64,000 nt of DNA from contig OZ024740.1 of assembly GCA_964016885.1 (NCBI GenBank), positions 304,234,001 to 304,298,000 on the forward strand, read 5' to 3'. Positions 1 to 11,000 of the stretch are shown here, piece by piece. The DNA comes from Eledone cirrhosa (taxonomy: Eukaryota). Each line of letters opens with the position of its first letter. The stretch's first letter is position 1. The notes under the pieces are model-generated. The model searched no databases, had not been told where the DNA came from, and saw only the letters and a list, made by a program, of their open reading frames with translations. Made by a program: the position numbers and the translations under genes.

Positions 1-132
1 ACCAATGGACATTCATCAATGGTCTGATGTTCATACTGGATTTATTTTTCCTATCAGAATTAGGAATGCATATAAATTTCATATTGTATCTTGCATAGTA
101 ACACATTAGTAAGGTCTATTTTATGTTTGGTT

Positions 133-321
133 GCGGTGAATTGGCAGTATCAGTAGAGGTTCGGACACCATGCTTTGAAGCATAGAGTTACCTCCCTTTA
201 TGATCTGAGTTCAAATCCCGCTGAGGTTAACTTTGCCTTTCATCCTTACGGGGTCAATAAAATAAAGTACCAGTAATGCATTGGTTAATTGCTGGCCTTG
301 TGCCAAAAAGTAGAAACAATT
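133..321 (+). mobile_element. tRNA-derived SINE family A (Nin/Deu-domain-like)
   Basis: B-box GAGTTCAAATCC, central GCCTTTCATCCTTACGGGGTC(G/A)ATAAA...GTACCAG, tail GGCCTTGTGCCAAAAAGTAGAAACAATT; ~10 copies in window. Confidence 0.85.
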
Positions 322-377
322 AATTTAAGAAAACTCTTTTAAATGTTATTTAATAGCTGTGATCCTTTTTTTAACAG

Positions 378-475
378 TAAACTCACCACCCGAAGCAGCA
401 GAATGTGCTGGTTGTTGTGAACGGATCAATGAAAAATACACCCTGATGACAATAAATGAAATTATTAATGGCAAG
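378..475 (+). CDS. GCLC: GCLC internal coding exon (gene starts upstream of window)
   Basis: ttaacAG|...GGCAAG|GTaag; translates NSPPEAAECAGCCERINEKYTLMTINEIINGK, matching the conserved YTLM(S/T)IxxIINGK segment of animal GCLC. Confidence 0.9.
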
Positions 476-517
476 GTAAGATTATAACTTTTACAACCTT
501 TGAATAACCATTAACAT

Positions 518-710
518 GGCAGTGGATTGGCAGTATCGGTAGAGGGTCGGACGCCATGCTTTGACGCATAGAGTTACGGCCCTTGCCATTCTGAGTTCAA
601 ATCCCGCTGAGGTTAACTTTGCCTTTCATCCTTACGGGGTCGATAAAATAAAGTACCAGTAATGCACTGGGTATTTGCTGGCCTTGTGCCAAAAAGTAGA
701 AACAATTATT
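518..710 (+). mobile_element. SINE family A
   Basis: closely similar to 133-321. Confidence 0.85.
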
Positions 711-939
711 TCAATAAACATAAGTTCAATTGTTAAGTTATTTTATCACAACAGCTCAGGAATTTTAGGTCAGCTCAAAAATCAGAATGACCTGTCACAG
801 CAAGATTGGCTGGGGATAATCAAGTTATATGCTACTATGTACTTTTGTACTTGTGGCTGTGTTCACCTGGGGTGGGTTGAGCCAGCTCCATCAAAGGAAT
901 TCACGGTGTAAATTCATTTCAATGATGTTTCTTCAGGCG

Positions 940-1500
940 ATTGGTTTCACAAGTGGTGCCCAGCCGTAAGTATATGCGCTTTAGGATAGTGTAATCCAAG
1001 TATTTTGTCGTGACTCTTACAGTGTGGACTGGGTGCTTTTTGTCATGACACCTACACAACCATTTTACAATGTGTACTGGGTGCTTTTTGTTGTGACACC
1101 TACACGACTGCTTTACGGTGTGGACTGAGTGCTTTTTGTTGTGACACTTGATTATTAGTATGGAAAGTTTATAAAGTTGTGTATATATCTCCTCTCCTGA
1201 AATTTTAGAGTATGAGTGAGGAAAACCAGCTAACAAGAGAGCGTGACAACGAATCAAATAACATGAAGACATGCATACATAATACATAGAGTGAGTGAAA
1301 GTGAGGTGAGAACTGAACCCGTATCCTTCACCTCTAGCTAACTTTCCCTCTGCCTACCGGCCAACAGGATGGAGAACACATTGCCCTGGAGGACGGTGAG
1401 GGAGATGCAGCCAACTGTGCTCTGATAGCAGTGAGTAGGGATGTGATCCTGGAAGTCTTCACTGCTACAGGCTCTACCACAAACTTATCAGAGAGCATGA
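940..1500 (-). mobile_element. RTE-associated SINE/repeat with internal 48-bp tandem array
   Basis: three 48-bp units starting at 1017, 1065 and 1113; 1310-1497 is homologous to 5805-6033. Confidence 0.6.
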
Positions 1501-1598
1501 CAATTAATAAAATAACCGGCAAAGAGAAGAAAACAATTTTATGATATATTATGGTTAAAATGTCATTTTGATGTTAGTGGTATATTAAACAAATTTAA

Positions 1599-1809
1599 CC
1601 CTTTAGCATTCACATTACTCTATATTTATTATTGTATTTTCACTGTAAACATTTTATCCCACATAATATCGAATCTGTGAAATTTTGATATTATTTATTT
1701 TGAGAACAATATCTTAACATAAGTAGTATAAGCAGCCAGTTAAGACCGGTTTGAACAGAGAGAGGTGAGAGAATTCTGGCCGTATATGGCAGGTTTAAAT
1801 GCTAAAGGG
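1599..1809 (+). mobile_element. piggyBac-type MITE family 1
   Basis: TTAA|CCCTTTAGCATT ... AATGCTAAAGGG|TTAA; other copies ~30050-30233(-), 33159-33318, 43985-44187, 53780-53984(-), 57843-58046. Confidence 0.88.
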
Positions 1810-2018
1810 TTAAGAAAAATATTGTAAGAGAAAGAAATAGTTTTAGTCTATTGTTGGCATGTTAGTTTAAAATAAACTCTCAATTGAAATTTTATTAATA
1901 TATAAATGATAATACTAGATTTCTATAGGTAACCATTGGTATTTTGTTAATATGTTCTGATAAATAAATTTTCTCCCCCAAGTTTATCATTCTTCAAAAG
2001 ACATTATTTCCTTTACAG

Positions 2019-2136
2019 GAGGATTTCCCTGGTTTAGTTCCTATGGTCAACAAATACCTAGACTACATTGAGTGTGATGTTGATACCCGGTGCACTGTAT
2101 TACAATATTTGAAATTAATATCCAAAAGAGCTTCTG
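2019..2136 (+). CDS. GCLC: GCLC penultimate coding exon
   Basis: ctttacAG|GAGGAT...TCTG|GTatat; [39 protein letters not shown](G); phase-compatible with both neighbours (118 nt). Confidence 0.95.
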
Positions 2137-2412
2137 GTATATTCCATTTTTTTAAATATAAATGTTTTGATGTTTTATATACTACAACATTGATTAAAAA
2201 CCATTTAATGGTTTTCTGTCAGTTCATAGAACTTTTACTAACTTTTGAAATTCTTATTTCATGAGATGAAATCCTACTTGGGTAGATTTTTACCTTCCAT
2301 TCATCTAGGGTTGATAAATACCAGTCAAGTAATTGGGGTCAGCTTTAATCAATTGTACACTTTCCTAAATTTGTGATCATCTTGTGGTATTAGAAATTAT
2401 TGTGATCGTATA

Positions 2413-2580
2413 ATTGGCAGTATCGGTAAAGGGTTGGTAGCCATGCTTTGCAGCATAGAGTCACGGCTCTTTGTTTTGAGTTCAAACTCTGCTTTTCATC
2501 CTTACAGGGTCGATAAAATAAAGTACCAGTAATGCACTGGGATAATTGTTGGCCTTGTGCCAAAAGTAGAAACAATTATT
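2413..2580 (+). mobile_element. SINE family A (internally deleted)
   Basis: same head and tail as 518-710. Confidence 0.8.
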
Positions 2581-3222
2581 GGTGGTATTGGTGGAGAGAA
2601 ACAGTAGAATTACACTGCTATGTCTCTCTACTTCCTGTCATCAAATCCTCGTTACTATTGGGTCTTAAATAATTGGAGACACCCTAGAAAAATTACCTAT
2701 TTTCAACCCCCCTCCTATTATTTGGGACCTGAAAGTGACAGTATTATAAGGGAGGTTGAATAAATCAGTTAAATACTATAAAATTTGTGGTCACATGTTA
2801 ATGGTCCTACAATTAGTTATGTCCCTTTACAGCATTCAGAGTTTAAATTCTGCTGGTGTTAACTTGGATGTTTATCCTTCTGCAGTCAATGTTAAAATGT
2901 ATTAGTTCAGTCAATGTGAATATAATCTTCTACTTGTAAAATGTATTGCCTATTACCTATTTTAGAAATCATTGTGAAGCACACTGGCAGTATAAATATT
3001 TACCTAATCAAATAACAACCCTCTGCTTATCTCAGAAATGATTATTATTATTATCAGGTTTAGAAATTAGATCAAAGAATATTACTTGCAAAATTGTTGT
3101 CTTTAGATTTTCAGGGTCAACTTTACCTGTTATCCTCACAAACTGATTAAATAATTATCAGTTATATTGATTCAGTGGATTATGATCTACAAATTTGTTG
3201 CATTGTCGTGCTTGGATATTAA

Positions 3223-3412
3223 CCCTTTCTTGATGGTATTTCTGATGAAATGCATATTTTAATGAAAATTATTAATTATTTCATTACTAAGATAGTAACT
3301 TAATGTAAGGTTCTTATATAAAATTATGCTGGTAGATTTTGATTTAAATTGGAAACCTTTAAAATGGGTGGTTCTATTTCATAGAACCAGGGCCAGTTTG
3401 GTAACTAAAGGG
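3223..3412 (+). mobile_element. piggyBac-type MITE family 2
   Basis: TTAA|CCCTTTC ... GGTAACTAAAGGG|TTAA; at least 10 copies in window. Confidence 0.88.
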
Positions 3413-3582
3413 TTAAAAGTGATAAAATAAGTACTAGTCAATACCCTATTCCTTCAAAATTTGAAACTGTACACCAAAATTAAAAATCAATATAATTGTT
3501 GTTGTTTCTGTAATATGAAATATCTATTTAAAGATTCAATGATTATTTTATATTTCTGTTGTATAAATCAGTTTTATAATAT

Positions 3583-3790
3583 TTCTTCATTTGGTACAAG
3601 GCCAGTACCAAATTGCGGGGGGTAGTCGATTATATTGAACCCAGTATTTGACTGGAACTTTATTTTATTGACCACAAAACGATGAAAGGCAAAGCTGACC
3701 CTGGCAGGATTCAAATGCAAAACATAGAGTCCTAACTATATGCCACAAAGCATGTTGTCTGACACTTTAACAGTACTGTCAATCCACCAC
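3583..3790 (-). mobile_element. SINE family A, diverged
   Basis: reverse complement of the GCCTTTCATC...ATAAA...CCAG core. Confidence 0.7.
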
Positions 3791-4032
3791 CATTACTTTA
3801 TAATAATAGCAGAAAACAGGGTAAGTTTAGCTGATAATGTAAAAATGTAACTGTTCTGTACGTAAACCTCATGGTTGTTTCTGTTCACCTTTATTACTGT
3901 GATTTATATAATCAGGGTATTGTAGCTGTTAACATCCTGCACTGATTTAGCAGAAATTATCTAAGAGCAAGTTTGTTAATTTAAATGTTTATTAATGGAC
4001 AGATTATTGTGGAAAATTTCAGTATTAGAGTA

Positions 4033-4442
4033 AATGAATCTTGGGCAATGACCAAAAGAATTTGATCACAAATACAAGCGACTGAAATGGAGTTCCTCTA
4101 AAGGGTCCTTGGAATAATGTTACACGATAGAGTGCGTAGCTCGGAGAGTTGCTTCAAGTAGAGCCTCTACTTCTCCGAATTGAGAGATCACGGCTCCAAT
4201 ACATGTAATTAGAATATCTCAGGAAAGAATCGTTGGCCAGATTTTATGGGCCAAACCAACTAGTTAGAGATCCAGGGGTAAACCCTAAGTAAGATAGTTA
4301 GATAACATCCATGAGACAGGCTGGTCTCGCTTGGGGATCCAGCCGGATCAATTGGAGACGGTTGCTTCTGACAGGACCCATTGGAAGCAGTGTTTGAAGA
4401 CTCTGCCCTTGTGACTCTCTCAGGAATAGGTGAGTGAAGAAA
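4033..4442 (+). mobile_element. RTE (Expander/Rex3-like) LINE 3' fragment
   Basis: decayed translation ESWAMTKRI.SQIQATEMEFL.RVLG..LHDRVRSSE...VEPLLLRIERS; GAA-rich tail; shorter copies at ~6555-6710, 23612-23815(-), 34862-35140(-), 36684-36862, 38815-39165, 51155-51290, 52420-52580(-). Confidence 0.8.
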
Positions 4443-4555
4443 AATAATTTTTCCAAAAAATGTTTTTCTTATTTCAAAAATAAAATTCAAATTATATTTT
4501 CAAGAATAATAATTCCAATGATAAATAAGGTGTTGTGTTTTCTTACATTAAACAG

Positions 4556-4800
4556 GTGATCTTTTGACAATGGCTCAGTGGACAAGACAGTTTGTTACCA
4601 ACCATGAAGATTACAAAAATGATTCGGTGGTCAGTGATAAAATCAACTATGATTTTCTTATGGAGTGTGACAAAATTGCCAATGGAGAACAAGACTGTCC
4701 ACAGTTATTCTTCAAGTATCACAGCCGTACACGAGACAATATCCCTGCTGCTGTTTCTAAAGCTGAAGCTAATTTAAACCGAAAAATATATCCTAGCTAA
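4556..4800 (+). CDS. GCLC: GCLC terminal coding exon
   Basis: aaacAG|GTGAT; (G)DLLTMAQWTRQFVTNHEDYKNDSVVSDKINYDFLMECDKIANG...KIYPS-TAA, homologous to the GCLC C-terminus. Confidence 0.95.
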
Positions 4801-5647
4801 ATAAGAGTTTAATGCTTTTATCAACCCCACCCCTAACAACTTCAGTTTTAAGTTAAATTAGATATTTGACAATTACTTTTTGTTAATTTCTTTCTCAATG
4901 TTTTACACCAGTTTTATTTCTATTTTAATTATCTTATCAAACTAATTTTTATGAAAATTAAGGAACAAATTAACACAAGGATTTCCTTTTAGTCTTGGGA
5001 AAAGTATCTAGAATCTTTATTATTTTAAATCGAATTTTTATTTTATTAATTGCCTTTGCTTACTCGAAGGTGTTGCTTCCGGATCAACCCCATATCCCAG
5101 CGTACCATGGGTCTTATTGAACACATACAACAATATTGATGACTGAAGAAAGGAGAATATTACAAATGAGTAGATATTTGTATGAAAATTTGTAATATTT
5201 TTTCAAGCTTCCTTTCTAACAGTTCACAGAAATGAAATCTTTATATAATAATAAGTATGCTGATTAAAAAAATATATATATATATAAATATCATCCCCCA
5301 AAATGAGAAATCATTTCTGCTGACATGACATTTATCACAGTTTCTGTGGTAGATCTCTTCAGACTAGCTTCATGCTATAATTCTATGCCTGCTACTTCTA
5401 TAATTCAGTGGTTCTGTTCTGAGCAGTGGTGTAAGTAATGCTCAGTGTGATAACAATCATAAGGCATTCACTCACATTCTATATTGAGTAATGATTTATT
5501 CTAAATCTACAGTTAAATGTTTATGAGAAAAAAATAAAACAAAAAAAATAACAACAACAATAATAAATAACTGAACTGTTGTGTTAAAATCTTTTCAGTT
5601 GTTTCATTCAAATATTACATTATTATAATCTTTTTTCTAAAATGAGA

Positions 5648-5653
5648 AATAAA
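5648..5653 (+). terminator. candidate GCLC polyadenylation signal
   Basis: AATAAA ~850 nt after the stop, just before repeat-derived sequence resumes; other AATAAA at ~5533 and ~5564 are equally possible. Confidence 0.35.
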
Positions 5654-5804
5654 ATAATTTTTGAGTAAAGCGTTCAAGCTGTTCAGTTTCTAAGAATATT
5701 TTTTCAGTCTTCCACTACCAGAAATATTGATATAAAATAGTCTGTAGAAGACCAAGAAACCTTTGAAGAGATTTTTAAAGAAACAGAGAGAAAGTGATGT
5801 CCAA

Positions 5805-6033
5805 ACGAGTATCCTCCACCTAACTTACCCTCCATATTTGGGTCCTAGCTGACAGGATGGAGAATACATTGTCCCGGAGGACGGCGAGGGAACACGCTGG
5901 AACAGCCACTCCACCTCACGGGGCTCGTGCCTGTGGGAAGCCAACTCTGCTCCAATAGCAGGAATGTGGTCCTGGGGCCAAGAACGCCAGAAGTTTCCAC
6001 TGCTACAGGCTCTACCACAAACATATCAGAGAG
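5805..6033 (-). repeat. dispersed repeat homologous to 1310-1497
   Basis: shared ACAGGATGGAGAA(C/T)ACATTG and CACTGCTACAGGCTCTACCACAAAC(T/A)TATCAGAGAG; strand assigned by analogy only. Confidence 0.7.
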
Positions 6034-6255
6034 TGGTTGCACTTTGACTGTGTCCTCTTCAGGCAACATAATATATAAAAGAATCACTATAACACAACTC
6101 AAGAAAATAGTTGTTTTCAAGCAAATTACAGTTCAGAGATTTTCTCTCTATACAACATGTTATCAGTATGAGCAAGTCCCTCTTAAGGCTTTGCTCGTAA
6201 TTTAGTTCAACAATATATGTAGTGTGTCACCTACACACCATACTATAATGTAGTC

Positions 6256-6454
6256 GTGTAGGTGTCATGACAAAAAGCACCCAGCACACACTGTAAATGT
6301 GGTTGGTATTAGGAAGGGCATTCAGCCATAGAAACCAAGTCAAAACCAGTCCTGTATGAGCAATTCATGGTCATCAGACCTGGCCTCTCACAACAGGGCA
6401 ACTTGTCTGACCCATGCTCGTGTGGAAAATGGACGTTAAACAGTGATGATGATG
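6256..6454 (+). mobile_element. RTE-tailed SINE family B (Ceph-SINE-like)
   Basis: GGTTGG..TTAGGAAGGGCAT.CAGCC.TAGAAAC body and CCCATGC...GGAAAATGGACGTTAAA(GAT)n tail; copies ~7388-7535(-), 27335-27520(-), 28520-28770, 29150-29345(-), 37740-37985, 55963-56222(-), 57234-57440(-). Confidence 0.8.
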
Positions 6455-8035
6455 TGTCTATGAGCATTTTATATTAAAATGATTGACCAATAAGATACTT
6501 CTCCTTTATTACAATCTGAAACATCATCAAAAAATTTGGCATATAGATAAAAAGAGTAAGATGGTTGCATAACATCCATGAGTTCAGCTGGTCTCACTTG
6601 GGGATCTAGCCAGTTCAGTTGGAAATGGTTGCTTCTGACAGGACCTGCTGGAGGGAGTGTTTGAGGACTCTACCCCACAACCCTCACAGAAATGGGTGGG
6701 TGGGGAAGATCAAAATAATCAGAGAAAGGGTTTTTTTTTTAATTCAATATCTGAAACTAAGGAAACAAGGAGTTTTTATAAAGTGATATAGAAAGATTGA
6801 AGTATAAAATGGGATGAAAAATAAACATCATTTCTAGTTCTCTGTTTTTCTCTCTTGCTTCAAATCACTTTTTTCCTGTCTTGATTCTATTTCCTTCCTT
6901 TCTTTTTGGCAAGGACATCCAGGCGTAGTATGCATGGTCCCTTGAGGGAGTTGTGGGGACACTGTATTGACGTACAGCATTTCTAGGGATTTTAAAACCT
7001 GATAGAGCCCATCTTTCCAGAGAAGTACAGAGGGTGAGAGAATGGAAGTGAAAAAGCGATATAGAGGGGGGAAATCGACCCCAATATTTTTTTTATCGAC
7101 CTTAAATGGATGAGACATAGAAACCACACGAAATATAAGATCGAGCAGACTTCAATTGTGTCAAATTCATGACAACCTCCCTAGAGGTGCCACAAGCCAC
7201 TTGAGTTTATTAAAAAATAAATGTCTACCATATTAGGCATCTTGGCAGTAAAAGGTAGCAGTTATTTTTATTATAAAACCATTTATTCATACTGATTAAA
7301 ATACTTCTAATTCGACAAAATACTGTTCTACTTCAGTATCTTATGTATGTTGAAACTTCATCCTTATTGCACAATGAAAGTCTAGTGTCATCATCATCAC
7401 CATTTAACGCTTTATTTTCCATGGGTCAGACGGGTCGTCCACGCTATAAGGCAAGTCTGGCCATACCTTGCTCAAACAGGACTCTATTTTGACAGCTGGA
7501 CGCCCTTCCTAACACCAGCCATGTTTTAACGTCCACTCTCCCTGCTAGCAAGATATATATTCTATAAAATGAGATGGAAATTTTTTTTATAATTCTTTTA
7601 ATCCACCTGTCATTAATGACTATTAAAATACTGAACACCTAGTTTATCAGTTGAAATCTTACAATCGTATTTGTTTGGTACCAAGGTACATAACTCTTCT
7701 GCTCTAGTTTACATGATAGAAAAAAAAAAAAAAAAAAAATCTACTCGAGTGTTTAATAATAGGATGGTAAAACAGTTGCTTTCACAGAACATATGCCATA
7801 TAAGCTACATGCTTTCATGGAGAAATACAACGATGCAGTTCACTACTACTCAGATATATTTTAAAATATACACTTCTCTTTGAAAGAGTGAAACGATTTT
7901 ATGAAACACTTTCATTAGTAGATAGTAATTAGAAGACATTTTTGTAATATTAGATGTACTGTTGCCTTGGATTAAAAGAAACATTGTCTCCAAACTGAGG
8001 TGTTTGGCTAGAAAGAAGTGAGTCTTTAGGGACAT

Positions 8036-8062
8036 GGGGGGGGGGGGGGGGGGGGCGCGCGC
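8036..8062. repeat. G20 homopolymer followed by CGCGCGC
   Basis: direct reading. Confidence 0.9.
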
Positions 8063-11000
8063 ACATTGATTCTTGCCTTACCTTTTTCAGTTACATTCCC
8101 ATAACTACTTCTGCTGGCAGGTTAAACTTAGTGCACTTGGTGAGATGGACACTGCAAAGCATTTCTAAGGTCCACTGAAATGCCATGATGGATAGTCATA
8201 TAACGAGAGCAGTAGCCCATTGGCTGGCTGCACTAGATACAAGAACTTGATTTAGTGGAAAAAAAAAAAAAAAGGTTGCTATACTGTTCAGAAGAAAAAA
8301 TATTAATCCCTGTATCAATATACATGGCCAAACTGAACTGACAAGTCACCAGTGATAGAAAGAGTGGACAGTGCTCTATTTTTTAAATTTTATTTGATTA
8401 GACTAGCATCTATCCCTCATCTTCATGCACCTTGTTCCTAAAACCAATTTCATCAAGCTTAGAAATACATTTTGATTTGGCCAAATGTATGATAGAATCA
8501 TTTTGTATATTAGTGGAAATTATATTACTAATCTTAGAGGAATCGAAATAAAAGTCAACTGTGACAGGATTTAAACTGAGAATTGAAAGGGATAAAAAAA
8601 AAAAAAAAAAAAAACCTTTCTCTTGTTATTTACAATATAATTTTCTCCACTTAGCATAGGTGGATGGAACAGTTTTTGCAGCTAGAAACCCCTTCTTACA
8701 ACTTACTCTTCTCAGAACTAGGAATGGAAACTGGACCAAACAGATTTTCTCAGGGACGCACACAGTTGGTTTTCGAATATTCTCAAAACTTAATCCTATG
8801 TAAAAGTTATAGACGGGGGTCAAATGACACTCCTTTACACGGTTCTTATGAAGCTGCAGAAAAGTAGGCGAGTTCCAGAGACGAGATGTCAAACTAATCC
8901 AATGCTATTTCAGGGCACATCCAGTATTGTGCAGTGAATAAGAGCAGTTATCAAGGTGGAGGGTAGAAATGACATATATAGAGATTTGGATGTCTCAAAT
9001 CTCCTTGCATGTCACCAAAGTCCTTTGTCTTCTCTTCCTTGCTATCTTTCACAGGCTCCATCCTAGTGTTTGGTATTGCTTTATACACCTACCATTCTCC
9101 ATATACCTCTGCCAGCAGTCATCTCTCGTGCATATTACGTTCATTATCTCTTCTCTACAGCCTCAATATTAACAAGTGTTCAGGCAGTTAGCACATCTAA
9201 TGTTTTGTTTTTTAATGCTATATCATTCAATCTTGTTTTTTACAACAGCAATATTAAGCCCTTTTTCATAACAGCCCACGTTAAAATTTTGAATAACCAT
9301 TTAAAATCTTTTGTCAACCTTCTGCAAAACAACTGAGGAAATTGCAAAGAAATCTTACCAAAATCAAAAAAAAAAAACTAATGCAATTATTAAGTCTATA
9401 CCCTGAAGTGCCAGCACGAATGTTCCACTATAAATATATCATTTAACGTCCATCTTCCAAACTAGCATGAGTTAGACGGTTTTGTTCATTATATATAATA
9501 AAGAAAATCTCGAATCATCAAAGCAAGATGTTATACATTTCACTGCTTTAACCGATAGTGTGGAAAACGGATGTTAAACAGGGATGATAATTATTGAAAT
9601 CACACGAGCTCCACCATTCCTGTTAGTAAAATTACCATCATTTTAAAAACCCACTTTCCCTGCTTACAAATTTCACTCAAAGCAGTCAACCTGGTGCTAC
9701 AGGGTAGACAATTATCAAAAATTATGCAGTGATTTTCATTGTTTATTTAATATTAGGTATTTAGTGAACAATAATAGCATTGATGTTTGTTTCCAATATG
9801 GACATCCAACTAGAAACCATGGGCTAGACCAGCTTCAGAATGTGACAATCTGCTTAACCCATGCAAACATGGAAAATAGACATTAAATGGAGACGATGAA
9901 ATATATACATACCTATGCTGTTAAATAGCCAAGACCAATATTTATTGCTACTAGAAAATGTAACAGTTAAAAAACTGGAAAAAAAAAAAAAAAAAAAAAA
10001 AAAGCCATACTACATGCAGAGTCAATAATGAGAATTGTACCTACAGCAATGGAAAATGAAAAACATCGATACCACACTAAATCAGAATTGTCTAGCAACC
10101 CAATGTTAGGATTTAAAGCTAAGGACTATGAATGTCACACCAACCTCATGAAATACTGATTAGAAACAATTACTAACAATCATTAATTAAAAAAAAAAAA
10201 AAAAAAAAAATTTCAGCTTAAATTAAATGGAAAACTTGGTAACACATTGAAGGTTTCAATTTTATCAAATCATTTCAGCTGTATCAACTTTCACTAGCAA
10301 TGTCTTAATTTTCAGGTAAGACAAGAATTGAGACCCAAGATACTCACGAAACGAACACACAATCAACAAGAATGGGATTGGTGGGTACAAGGGTTTTAAC
10401 ACCAAACAAATAATTCAGTATCAAACACTAACATAAAAGAGCTTAAACATTTTTTCCCCCATTTATAAACAAAGTGTATCAATGACTATCCCAAGAACTT
10501 ACAGAGCTGATAGTGGCTCATAAAACTTGTACATCACAATACAATCTCCTCTTTTACTTGCAAGGAATATCAGATTAAGCAAGTGGGTGCAACAGTGATA
10601 CATATAGAATATAGGTGATTAGGCACATAAGACAGTAATGATTTGAATACAGAATAGAAAAGAGAGAATGTAATTAAGACAGGAATATATTTAAGGCCAA
10701 AGCAACAAAAGCCTATCTTCCACATTTTATATGACTCTAGTAAAAGTAATCTAGCAGATTATGTAATAATTACCAAAATATTAAGATACTAATGCATATA
10801 GTGTATCAAAAAAGGAGCAGTCTCATTGGTTCCATAATGTAAATTAATTCCCTCACGCAAGAGTCTAAAATTACAATCTATCCCGTGAGGAGAATGAAAT
10901 GTAATACTGATGAATGTATAAGAGAACGAGTGTCAACCAGTTCAAGAAAAAGTAGAGATAATCTTAAGAGAGGTTAGTTGAAAGCAACAATAGAAATGTA

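Noticed and set aside
1321-1328. GTATCCTT U12-type donor
   Set aside because: It lies within a dispersed repeat, and GCLC splicing is fully explained by U2 GT-AG sites
5335-5370. minus-strand CTGAAGA...GAAAC
   Set aside because: No stem I or stem II pairing
10309-10321. TTTTCAG|GTAAG recursive-splice-like motif
   Set aside because: On the + strand outside any supported + strand intron; no comparably strong site seen in the 35.8 kb intron
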